From NCBI GenBank assembly GCA_046563655.1, contig CM102283.1, positions 2,852,001-2,916,000 of the forward strand: a stretch of DNA of 64,000 nt. The letters run 5' to 3'. This document shows positions 1 to 11,916 of the stretch, piece after piece. The first letter of the stretch is position 1, and every line of letters starts with the position of its first letter. The stretch is from Yuukianura sp. NJ FZ-2021 (lineage: Eukaryota). The notes below the pieces were generated by a model. It worked only from the letters and a program-made list of their open reading frames with translations. It searched no databases and was not told where the DNA came from. Made by a program: the position numbers and the translations under genes.

Positions 1-493
1 TTTTCCTTGGTGGATTTCCTAAATCCACCAACGCCGGGGAATGTTTGTGGAATTGCCCATGCAACTTCCACTAGGTTTTTCACTTTAAACTTCCCGCTAG
101 TTTTTAGGTTCAAATTTACCTCAATTTTAGGCTCCTTAGCCCCTCCCTCTACTACGCAGTTAGATTTGTCTTTTGTTCTGTTTTGCTCTGTTAGCCCTAA
201 GTCGATCTTAGCACGTTGTTAACAGAAGTACCATGCTTTCAGTCTGCTAAGTACTCGCTCTCTCACCTTTCAATCAACAATTAATTGTTTCTCCATACTA
301 ATTAACTTTCTTTAATTAAACGTTGGGTTAAAAGCCCTGATTAATCTGAACTTTCAGATTCTAGTTTTGCCTCAAAGTTATTCCTAAAAAGTTCAGTTTG
401 AAAGTTACTGAACAGGGGTCCATCTCCATAAAAAAATTGCCACTGGAGCTGTTTTTTCTTTGTAAAACTCCTGGAGCGAGACAGTACTCACTA

Positions 494-589
494 CAGCAAA
501 ACCTCTCTTATAGAAACTCCCTCCCATACCGTAAACTCTCGTTTATGGTACCGGTTTCTGGGAAAGAAGTTGTTAGAGAGCTTTTGCTG
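494..589. mobile_element. Tc1/pogo-type MITE (~96 bp)
   Basis: TA|CAGCAAAACCTCTCT ... AGAGAGCTTTTGCTG|TA: inverted termini with 1 mismatch in 15, TA on both flanks. Confidence 0.65.
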
Positions 590-803
590 TAGTGGTTTCC
601 TGAAATTACGAAAATGGATTCTCGTGATAACCATTACGAGTTAGATCGATATTGATGAGAAAATGCTATTTTTGGCTGGTCGATTCTCACGGGAAAACAT
701 CACCCGACCTTCACTTTTTATAGTCTGGAATCTACTACAGAAAAAGCACTTTTTAGCACTAAGTTATGTTTGACGGGAACTGATTTATTGATTACGTTTT
801 CAG

Positions 804-1899
804 GTGGATTGTCTTCCGTCGTGTCTTCTTTATTCTGGGATGGCTCTATCTAATGAGATCTTTCACAATGTACGTTACCGTGCTACCTGTCGCTTCTAGA
901 TCATATGCCCTCCATGTCTGTGCTCCCAAAGCAAACAACACTTCGCCATTTGTAATTGCACGAAGAGCCATTCAGCTGATGAGTGGATTCGGACTCTCTA
1001 TGAATGGACATCACGTGTACTGTGGAGGTAATTTGCTAATTGAATTACAGTAAAACTCCTCGTTGTGCAACGTTTTCAAGGGTTGTAATTGTAAACTCTC
1101 AGTTAAACTTTCCAAGTATTGAAGCGGTGATTGGTGTGTACTTTATAAGAAACTTTACGGTAACACACGAAATATTTCGCAATGAGAGGTTTTACTGTAT
1201 TTCAGTTTAGCTATGAGCTGCATTATGGTATAAGGGTAATGCAATTCCGTTTTTGTACTAAAATCGATATTGTTCCATTTGCAGATTACATGTACTCAGG
1301 TCACACAGTTGTGCTCGTCACTTCCTTCCTCATCATTCAAGAATGTAAGTAAAATATTCCTGCTCTCCGTAAAATCAAATCGTTTTTTTTTTTCAAAATT
1401 TTTGTTTCTTTCTACTCGATTTCAATCGATTTTTCTCGTTGTTTGGTTTTCAGACAGCCCTAAAAGGTATCACATTTTGCACTGGATAGCAGGAGCTCTG
1501 AGTGTCGTTGGTGTTGTAATGATTCTGAAATCACGAGGACATTACACCATTGATGTGCTAGTGGCCTACTATGTAACCACGCGACTCTGGTGGACATACC
1601 ACACCATGGCGAATAATATCATCCTAAAGGTACCATGTCAAATTCAAAATTTTGAAGATTTTTGGACATTTTGAATGAAAATATGTCTGGATTGAGCAGT
1701 ATTTTGAAAATTTTCGATTTTGTTTTTGAACTAGAATTACTCTCCTTCCAATTACTTGGCGAGGATATGGTGGTTTCCAATTTTTCAGTACCTGGAGGGC
1801 AATGTGGGTGGAATTGTGCCCAGAAACTATAACTCTCCGTCTGCCTGTCTCTCAAAACTGCATGGACGTCTGTTTCGTCGTAACAACGTTCGTAGCTGA
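804..1899 (+). CDS. Sphingomyelin synthase family protein, copy 1 (5'-partial; upstream exons not identified, probably outside the window). Exons 804-1027, 1285-1344, 1454-1629, 1735-1899
   Basis: Spliced translation gives WIVFRRVFFILGWLYLMRSFTMYVTVLP...CGDYMYSGHT...SRGHYTIDVLVAYYVTTRLWWTYH...ARIWWFPIFQYLEGNV. This contains the SMS D2, D3 (CGDxxxSGHT) and D4 (HYTxDVxxAYYxT) motifs; GT-AG introns preserve frame; stop TGA at 1897-1899. Confidence 0.93.
1048..1197. mobile_element. Tc1/pogo-type MITE in an intron of SMS copy 1
   Basis: TA|CAGTAAAACTCCTCGTTG ... CAATGAGAGGTTTTACTG|TA: imperfect TIRs starting CAGT, with TA flanks. Confidence 0.7.
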
Positions 1900-4800
1900 C
1901 TCTAGTGGAGTCCACTAGTAATACTTACAAGTGGAGTTCACTAATACTTGCAAGTATTTGTTCCCTTTTAATTACTGATTGAGTAAGTTCTTTCTTCAGA
2001 GTCTCTCGTCCACATCGACGTCCTTCTTAGCTTGGCAAACTCAAAACTATATACTTATTTAATCGTCGCTTGATCAGCTCACTTTTCAGATCTGTTCTTA
2101 ACTAATCATTGCTATTTTTAATAGGACGACCTTGTTACACACAATTTATGGAGTGATAGTACAGAGAAACAGTTGGCACAGTGTTAGCAATCCAGTTAAT
2201 CTTAATCTTTACTGTTAGTGCATACACGCAGAGCAGTAAAGTTTAAAAAGGACTAGTTGAACTAACGCAGCTTTTGAAAAGTACTAAAAAGCTGTTTAGA
2301 AAAGTACTAAAAAGCTAAAAAGAATCAAAGACAGGCAAAGCAGAAATGAGAACAAAAATAATCAAAATCTCTAAAAATACAGTTGTGATAAACTTTCAGA
2401 TTACTAAAAAGCGCTAAATAACCGACACAAAAATGTTAACGTTTTGAGAAATAATTAATTTTGACTTTAACTTTAGTGTTAAGAAATACAAATTATTGCT
2501 GTTAAGTACTATACTAAAAATTAACTGAAATTGACAATTTTGAGAATCATCAAACCTGAAATTAATCATTTAGGTAAATTACTTTCTTCTTTCTTTACTT
2601 CTTTCCAGAAAATACAAAATTGTTAAAGTAATTTTTGATAAGTTTCTCTTGTTCTATTTTCGAAAAAGTCGCAAAAAGAAGACAACTTATTAGGAAGGCT
2701 TGAAACTGCAAAACAATAAACTTCGAGTTCAACAAATCTTCATTCAAAATTTACCAAACAGAAGTTTATTGCCGCCGGTTTTTAGTATCAGTGACCTTTA
2801 ACATTCGTTTTAATGATAGTTGGCATCTTTTCGGCATTTTACTTATCTCTAAAAGCCGAAAAGACTGGCTACGAAATTTTCGCAGTTAACTTTAGTTGGG
2901 TCAATTAAAACTTATCATAACATTTTCTTAACTTGCAACTTAACTGTTTGAATGATTCGCGTACTTTCATGCCTTTGATGAAAGTTTTGTGTGAAAAACA
3001 ACCCCCTACCCCCTCATAGTTTTTGCCAAAGTTTTTATGAGTGAATTCATATCGACAACAACATTTGCTTGGCTTCACTTCCTACTTCCATATGCGTTGA
3101 AGTTAACAGTTAAGTGCACAACTACTTCACAGAAACAGTTGATTGATAACCAGTATTTGTCAACTTTACAACAAAAAAAAACTTCCCACTCAGGTTTTTA
3201 GTAAAAACTTGTTATTAGTCAGTCACCAAACCACAACAGACGTTAGGTTTTGTTAGCCTAACTTTTTAATTGTTTGGAAATTGGCCATATTTGGATAACC
3301 GAATTCCGATTGTGGACGTAATTAAAGTGCTTGAACAACTTCAGAACCTGGACATATTACTACCAAAATTACTAAAATTTTGGTTAAAAAAAAGCTATTG
3401 TTTCAGTTCATTCATCCGTGTGTGACTCAGCATCACGAACACTTTACTTTAAAAAAACTCATGAATTGTGATGTAATTCGTCCTTTGCTTTGTAGTTTTC
3501 GTTAAGTCACAACTCACAAATCGTAATCGTCAGTGATATCACTTTTTAGTAATTCACTTCAAGGAAAACACCCCATTTGTGAATTGTGACGTTGACAAGT
3601 CAGTAGGACTAGCACTCCTTAAATGCTTTGTAGTTAAATCATAAAGTGTCCGAATGACACATCAATTGCTAACTTTTGACATTTGACTCCAAAAAGTGCT
3701 AACTAGGACACCACAAAATAATTTTTAGTGTTCTTCCAAACTCTGATGTTGGCGTAACCTCACATCATCTTTTCTTGGTGGAAGTGAAATCAATAGCGAT
3801 ACTAGTGGTACGAAATTTTTACAACCGCGCAAACTTATTGACTGGCCGGACTCGTCTTTAAGTAAGTTTCGTTAATTGGATTAACTAATTATTGACAAAC
3901 TGGAAACCACAAGCGAAATTTTGCAAAAAGTTAAGCATTTGTAGCATTGGACAAGTAGGAAAGAAAAGTATTTGGGCAAAACAATTCCAAATACAAACGG
4001 TGACGGTATATTTCTACGCTGGCCCAGCAGTTTGTTTTCGAAATTTTTCTATGAATTTTAGCACTGATACGTAATCAATGGACTGATTAAACTAAAGCTT
4101 GGCAACTACAGATTGCAGCACTTGACAATTTCAAACAATTGAAGTTGTCAAACAACAACATGTTTTGGAATGGCCACGAGATTTAGGGCATCATGGCACT
4201 ACCGAGCTTTATCCAGAAACTTGGATTGGTCATATTAACTCATAAGTGGCATGAGGGTGACGATATGACTCCAGTCGGAATCGAGTGTTGATTTAAGTGT
4301 GGTTGGACTCTCTTAACTCAATTTCTGATGTGGTTTTGTTTTTTCCTGGCCTTCTGAATTTCGGTGGTTGAACCAGGACAGATAAGATTAACCCGTATGG
4401 TAGTTTATATTAACGTATATGGTTAACATTTTAGTCCAGTATTCACTTCATTAACATAGCGACATGGCACGAGACTAATGTTAAGTTTAAGTGTTAAGCT
4501 TAACTAAGTTTAAGTTACACGATACACACTCGAATAGTTTACAATTTTTAGCCAGAGTTTAACAAATCCGATGTTGGCAAATGGCAACTATCCAGTGACG
4601 TTCTTGGAAGTTCCCCTTTAAATTGCGATTCTAATTACTCGGCTCCATTTAGCCGTTAACTCTCCCAAATCTCGTGAGAGTGATTAGGTCAGTAAACTCG
4701 CAAAAAATTTGCACAATAGTGCACAAAAAAAAAGTTGTGAATCATCCGTCATCCCCGTGCAAAGTAGTAAAAGCTAAAAACCCAATCTACAAAACACTCG

Positions 4801-5343
4801 AAATGTGTAGCGCCGGATATCATTTCCAAAATCCCTGTACGAGCTATCACTTCCAGGATTACGTTTTCTAAATATTTCGGTTGTTTGTTACGCATTTCAG
4901 AATAACAAGGACAAGGGCACGACATAACGGTTATTTTTCGGAGAAGATGAAGTGCCACTAAAAAGATCCAAATTCTTTCTGGATTCATTTGAAGTTGGAC
5001 ACACCTCAACTCATCATTTTTTGTGAAGAGTCAGTCCTCGGATGATCTTCGGGCGGAGATCATTCAAGAAGAGCCTGTGAGTGACATTTCCAAAAGAATC
5101 CGCACTTTCCCTAAAACCAAAAAGTGTTTTTAGTATTACAGAGGAAGTGAACAAATGAAGTTCTATTTTTATATTTTTGGTTTGAACAGTTACCAGCATA
5201 CTAAAAGGATCTCCCCACTTAGTACGTTTTCACTACAGAAGTTTCCTTCCTGGAATTAGGAATATCATTTGACGAGGACACGCCACAAGAAGTCATCCAA
5301 CATCATTAGCACGAAGAGGCAATAACTTGCAACACGGTGGATT

Positions 5344-7388
5344 ATGAGCGGTGACAGCAGTGGTCGGCCAACAATCTCACAGTCGGCGAACGTCCCCAAC
5401 GAAACCTCTCCTCTTCTCATGGATTCAGCCACACCTCCCTCATCCGTAAGTCAACGTGTCTGTCAGGATTCCGGTTTTGATAAGTTTATGAGTCACTGGA
5501 ATATCAAAGAAAACATAACATTAGTGTCATAGCATCAAAATACAGTGGAACCCCTCTTTTCGCAACTTGTTTTGCTTAGGGACACCGTAAACGTCCGAAG
5601 TTATCGAGACATCTTAATCCACTGCCGACGATTTGGGTACCAGTGGTAGTGGATATCCACTTTTTTACGTTTCATTCGGTGGATAACATATTTCATCCGG
5701 TTTTATCCGGAAGAAATGGCTGGATAAAACGGATACTTCCACCTAATTTGATGTAGGTGGAAGAAATAGGTAATCGGACAACACTGGGTACCTGCGCTAT
5801 ACTCCAATATAATGTGGTAATAATACAATACCTGTGGTGTACTGTGATCAGAACAAGTTGCAAAAAGAGAAGATCCACTGTAGAATTACTAGAGAGTACT
5901 TAAGTCATTCATTAGATAGGTAGTCCTTAAGATCTCAATTACTAATTAACATATGGATATTGTACTTGAATTGCAGCAGAGTCGACTTCAGCCGAACGAT
6001 GAGACTCGTATAGCAATTTCGGACTCGTCGGAGGACAAGGACGATAGTGCTGCGAGGGAGCGTCGTCAGCTGGATGAGCTACTTCCGGCAGAAATACATA
6101 AAACAGTTGTTGGTGCCTTAGTTTTAGCAGTATGTTTCTTCCTCAACACTTTATCGCTGGTGTTGACACATCAGAGACAACCGGACAGAAATACTACAGC
6201 GCCGTTACCTGATATAATTATGGACAATCTACCATTTACTCCCTACGATGATGGATTGTACATTGCAGAGGTCATGATCATGTTCTCCACGATTTCTACA
6301 ATCATACTCGCCACACTCCATCGTTTTAGGTAACAAATTGAGTCAATTCCAACAATCATCTTTTATTTAAGTTTCGATTAATAATTGATTGTTGTACTTT
6401 TACAGATGGATCATTTTCAGAAGGATATTTTTCATTATGGCTATACTGTATTTTATACGTTCAATTACAATGTACGTGACCGTCTTTCCAGAGGCTTCCT
6501 ATACCTATTACTGTTCACCCAAGTTTTCTCCAGCGACGGCCTTGGATATCCTTCTGGGGACGTTAAAAGTGTTAAGTGGGTTTGGGCTTTCAATTAACGG
6601 AGAACACACGTATTGCGGAGGTACATCAATTGAGGACATAAGTAATTAGTTTAGAGCTTAGCAAGGATCATTATGTGAGTCAATCGTTATTTTACATTTC
6701 AGATTACATGTACTCGGGCCACACTGTGATTCTTGTCACTGCAGCTCTAATCGTCCAGGAATGTAAGTCAATGATATCAGAAATAGCTGAGATAAACAAC
6801 TTCATCATTATCTCAGCTATTCCTGCCTATGTTTAGATAAACGTTAACTCGATAAAGGATATTGGTTGTAGAGATACTGAGAAGGTGACACTTTTTGTTC
6901 TGGCACATTACAGATAGCCCGAGATTAACCTGGCACTGGAAAATCCTGCATAGTTTCTACTGGTTGTTGGCCATTGCCGGTATTCTGCTTGTGTTGGCCG
7001 CCAGAGGGCACTACACCATAGATATTTTGGTGGCCTACTATATAACTACCCGCATTTGGTGGATTTATCATTCACTAGCAAACAATAGAGAGTTTCGAGT
7101 GAGTTTCTCCTTTTCATGTCATTTCTTTTGTTGTTTGTCACATGACTGACCTTGACCTTGAAAAAAGATGAGCTCATTTTTCATTCTGTTCTCGTTCACC
7201 TTTAGAGAGCCGAAGGGAATTTCATAAATCGTGTCTGGTGGTTTCGTGCCTTTGAATGGATGGAGGGAAATGTCAAATCCAGAATTCCGTATCACTATTC
7301 AATACCGTGTGTTCCCAAGTATGCTGACTTGGATAAGAACCCAGTAGCTATCGTTCGAGTTCATGAATTGCCGAGATACAGTAGATGA
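5344..7388 (+). CDS. Sphingomyelin synthase family protein, copy 2. Exons 5344-5445, 5977-6329, 6406-6620, 6703-6762, 6914-7098, 7206-7388
   Basis: Contains PLPD (D1), RRIFFIMAILYFIRSITMYVTVFP (D2), CGDYMYSGHT (D3) and ARGHYTIDILVAYYITT (D4); intron positions and phases match copy 1. The first exon is less certain. Confidence 0.93.
5543..5880. mobile_element. Tc1/pogo-type MITE in intron 1 of SMS copy 2, carrying a probable nested element (5641-5786)
   Basis: TA|CAGTGGAACCCCTCTTTTCGCAACTTGTT ... AACAAGTTGCAAAAAGAGAAGATCCACTG|TA: 29-bp TIRs with 4 mismatches, TA flanks. Confidence 0.8.
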
Positions 7389-7544
7389 CACGACGTTATT
7401 ACTATAATTGGAAAGTGGGGGAACAATATTGCTGACCTTTGACCTTGAAGTGATGTATTATTGATGCTGGAACTTTAAAGGTAGTGCAATTTCCGGTTAG
7501 TGTAGAAGATGGAAGACGTTTGGTGCTCGTTGCTGAGAATTTAT

Positions 7545-9032
7545 TTATGAAGTCTCTTCCGATTTCGAGTGCAGTAGCCTTAAAACGTCAGTCTTCTTTA
7601 GTGTCCTTGACAAAGCAAAACCTGAAAAAAGAAACAGTGATGCAAAGATGAAATAAATTCAGAAGCAATATTTCTACATATAACAGGAAACTTCGTGTAA
7701 AATTTTGAAAAAAAATTTGGTAGATTTTTTTAAAAACTCACAAGAATGACCATAAACGTCTCGAATGTTTGGACAGGCTCCCATACCCAGCAAGAGTCTG
7801 ACGGTATCCACATGGTTTTCCTAAAATTAGAAGGAAATTAAAATTATTTTGTAATCAATTAGTTAATTCAATTGATTTGTAATGGTTTTGGGGTATTACG
7901 CGACAGGCAAAATGAAGTGGTGTGAGTCCTTGAGACTTTGTTGCTTTGTTTACGTCCAAGTGATGTTTGACAACAAGCGAAATGATAATCGGAATTTGGC
8001 CGGCTTCTGCTGCAATGTGCAAGCAGTTCATGCCCAGAGAGTTTTCCAGTGTAACATCAGCATTGTACTTATCAGTCAGCAGAGTCAGGATATCACAAAG
8101 TCCAAAGCGACATGCATCCATGACGAGAGTTGTCTGACATGAATCTCTGACATCAACATGACCGGGATCCAATGCACTTGCTCGTTGAAGCAACAGGTCA
8201 ACTACTTCTTTATGGCCATGCATCACTGAAATGAGACAAAAAAGACATTTCAATTGTTTAATAGGATGCAACGACACTTGTGTTGTCATTTACCGGCAGT
8301 ATGCAATGGTGTTCTGCCATTCTTGCTTTTCGTTAGTAACAGAAGATCGGCACTAGAATGACTGAGCAGTGCAGTTATAACAGGAAGGTGACCTTCGCGT
8401 GCTGCAATGTGAAGCGAGTTCCAGCCATCTTTATTTTGAAACGTCGGATCCGATCCGTGATCCAGTAGGATTTGTATCACTTCCAAGTTATCTTTGGTAC
8501 ATGCTAACATCAACGGTGTCCAGTCAGCCTTCTTCACAGCCTGGACATTTGCTCCTGGAACACAAGGAATCACATCCACATCATTTTATGTTAAGTTCAT
8601 ATTCACAAAAAGTACATAACAAAACTACCTCGTAAAAGTAAGTACTTGACCAGTTCTACATGTGAAAAGTGGGCAGCATTGTGAAGCGCTGTTTTCCCGT
8701 CTAGGTTCACCACTTCCAGTCTTCCTGCTCTTTCTTCCATCAGATATCTACTTGGAAAGATAAGAAACTTTAAGTTGACCTGTGACCTTTGAATAAGATC
8801 CAAATTATAACTAAACCTCCAGTTCTCCAGTTATGCCTTACCTCAGCATGCCCAAGTGATCTTCTTGCGAGGCGACATGCATGGCGGTGTCACCAGTGGC
8901 TTTTCGAAACGTAAAATTGACGTCGACCGCGCTACCTTGACTTTCCATGTGGGTCAAAAACGTCTTCACACCGTCCAGGTCATTTCGCTGCACAAGTTTC
9001 AGAAATACTTCAACCTCCTTCTGTGACACCAT
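7545..9032 (-). CDS. ANKRD16: Ankyrin repeat protein, ANKRD16-like. Exons 9032-8842, 8747-8629, 8554-8294, 8225-7900, 7820-7742, 7621-7545
   Basis: Multiple ankyrin repeats ([70 protein letters not shown]). KxADWTPLMxACT, NKDGWNSxHIAxREG and SKxxRTPLHTA are as I recall them in ANKRD16; GT-AG introns in frame. Confidence 0.85.
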
Positions 9033-9615
9033 TTAATAGTCCATGTATTACTGCAACAAAGTTCACATCAAGAAGTTACACTAATAAATTAGCTACACAG
9101 TCAATTAATTGTATTCCGTAAACGACTAAAACCTAAAGACAAACGTGAACAAAGAAACACAAAAGAAAATGGAAAATAAAAAGTGAATTTACAACTTTCC
9201 CGCGCCCTCATTTTCAAAACTAGAATCCAAGTCTCAGCGTCATCTCCATTTATCCATATGGATTTCACAAATTAAAGATTAATTAATTAACCAAACTTAA
9301 TTAGCCCTAAAATTAACAATTAGCTCATCTTAAAGTCAAATTTTGAAGAACAAATGAACTATAAGCAAATTACCTTAAAAAATCCCTAAACTTCAACTTT
9401 TCCTAATTTTACAAACAAAATCTACAACTATAATTCGCAACTTTTTAGCATACCAATTACTGAGGGAAAAATTTTCTAGGTCAAAATTTACTTACCGAGG
9501 TCATTGACTCCAAAAATTGGTCCACTTTTTCTGAGGTGCTAAAATCAAACGTTACTTCGTTTGTGACTGTCCCGACCCGAAGGGCCATGGTCTTCGGAGT
9601 CCTTCACAAAGTGCC

Positions 9616-11325
9616 ATGAAGTGTCTCAAATCATCCATTCTTCAAATCATCTTCCTCTTGAGTTTGGCGTAAGTCCACTATATCATGTCGAATTCTGAAA
9701 AATTTTAAAAAAAAATAAAATTTTTAGTATTCTGAATCAGTAATCTTTGATTTGATGTTTTTTAACTTACAGGAGCAGAAGTTATGCCGCGGAAGAAGAA
9801 ACCAAAAATGTCACCCGGACTGTTGCCGGTACTGGCTGGAATGTCACCCGGAATGCTGTCAGCACTGGGTGGAACTGGAGAACGTTGACTCCAGAGACTC
9901 AAACGGCGCTTCAAGCTGTCCAAACTGTGCTTAACGGCGGTCAAGCTCCACTGGACACGAGTCTGACTGACCTCAAAGTGGGGCTTATCGATCAGGGAGG
10001 AAAACCCCGTATGGAGCTATGGGTGTTTCACCCCATCCAGGCGCGAAGCGCCTGGACCACCCCCCCACCCCCTTGACAACGTTTTTGTTAAAATTCCTAC
10101 AAAAACTAACGCGAAATGGCGGTTCGCTAACTAAAAATCTAAATTTTATTGCGTTTTTGGCTCAAATACATCGCATTTAAGCCGAAATCCGCCTCAAAAC
10201 TGCGTTTTTATTTCTAAAAACTAAGCATTTCGTGCACTTTTCAGGGTGCCAAGTACCCCTCCCCCCACCCACCCCCCTGCCAATCTCAGCGACCACCCCC
10301 TCAAAGATCCATGAGGTTTTCCTCCCTGTTATCGATGCTCTTAGTTCGTTAAAGTTGAATCCATTTGTGATCTTCAACGCCTTCATCACTGCCTGGAGAA
10401 ATTCACTTCCAACGCTCGTGCCAATTGGAAATTACACTTTGCTCCAAATCGCTTTGATCCTCACTATTGGTGGTTTAGCTGCTGGTTTGAATCTAAAAAT
10501 AAAAAAGAAAAACTTATTCTACCACTAAAAATTTAGAAAAAATTTTTCTGTAAAAAATGTTTTGTTTCAAAATTACTTCCAGGAGCTGCAGTTGTAGTAG
10601 CTGAAGCATTTTACTTCAAACAGCTTCACGAAGAAGAGGAATTCCAGCATCACTTGCGCAGAGCCTATGACAACTTGTATTATGGCACAAAACGACAAGA
10701 AACCGCAGCAACTTCAAAAGTCAAGCGGACTCGAACCGCTCCGACGCTCCCTCCAAATCGCTTCAAACCCCAATCGCTGAAAAGGACTCAAAGACGAAAT
10801 CAGCGTAAAAACAAAAACGCTGGAGCACAACTCGAGTATTACAAGAAAGTTAAGGCAGCCGAAGCCAAAGCCGCTGCAGCAGCCGAAGCCAAGAGACGAA
10901 GAGGCAAAAGGCAAGTGACCTTTGACCCCTCGCTGTTTGTTCAGTATCCAACGGTAGCTCCGCGGCCGGCATACATTCCCCAGCACAGTGTAAACACAAT
11001 CGTTACTCCTTCTCAGCCGTTGCCTCCGTCAAGACGCGTACTACGGCCGTTTCAGCAGCGATTTCCAGTACAACAAAAACCGTCAGAGAACATCTTCAGC
11101 TTGACGTTCATAAAATCGTTCCTCCGTCGTCATCGTCCTGCATGGACGAAATACTTGCCAAGTTTTCCAGGATTTGGATCCAGTAGTACTGCCGAATCTA
11201 ATCAAAAACCAAAACGTTTTTGGGCTTCATCAGCATCAGCAGTATCAGGAAATCCGTATTACGAACGTCGAAGAGACGAATTCATCCGACCTGTACTCAA
11301 TTTCAAACAGAACAGGATTAGTTAG
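9616..11325 (+). CDS. Unknown signal-peptide, single-TM protein with a basic Arg/Lys/Pro-rich C-terminal region. Exons 9616-9668, 9773-10008, 10245-10484, 10583-11325
   Basis: MKCLKSSILQIIFLLSLA signal-like start; frame-consistent GT-AG junctions; hydrophobic LLQIALILTIGGLAAGAAVVVAEAF segment; long final ORF. No family recognised. Confidence 0.65.
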
Positions 11326-11574
11326 AGTATTTTCGCGCCACAAAAAATTGGGTGAAATTCAAACTCTGAAACTTGAATTTGTAATGTTACTTGCACGTTG
11401 TTTATTAAATTTATGTTGTATGACAAAAAATCGTTATAAATGTTATTGGTCAACGATTGGCCGATTAGCGAAAAAGTTAATTACTGAGGCTCAAAATCCA
11501 TCAGTTCAGGAAAATCCTACATACAAAAGTAATTAGAAATTAAGTTTTCACACAATTTGAGACTTTGAGATAAG

Positions 11575-11770
11575 TTGAGATATCTTAGCTTCGGTACCAT
11601 ACTGAGATATCCTAATTGCGGTATTGGGTATCCTATTCGTATTGATATCGTGGTTGATATATCAGGTATGGCATACAGCTATCTTACGTTGGGATATCGG
11701 ATATCCTAGTAAAGACATCTTATCGAGATATCCCTCAGATATAACAGTTGAGATTACGATTGAGATATCC
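11575..11770. repeat. Degenerate GATATC-rich repeat tract, probably a decayed MITE interior
   Basis: GATATC and close variants (GAGATATCC, GGATATC, GATATA) recur many times in ~200 bp between two convergent genes. Confidence 0.45.
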
Positions 11771-11916
11771 TATTTTGACTTTAAACTTGAATGTCACATA
11801 CGAATGTTAGGTAAATAGGTTAGGCACAGTGGAAAGTGGAATGTAGGTGTAAAAGGAATGTAGATGTTAAGTTAATTAGTCAATGTTAATTAGTTAATTT
11901 AGTTTACCGTTAACAA

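Noticed and set aside
9971-10306. Introner-like intron flanked by the 8-bp direct repeat CCTCAAAG (9971-9978, 10299-10306)
   Set aside because: Removing one repeat plus the insert gives an out-of-frame ancestral sequence, and a better GTATGG...TTTTCAG intron (10009-10244) keeps the frame; the repeat is probably chance
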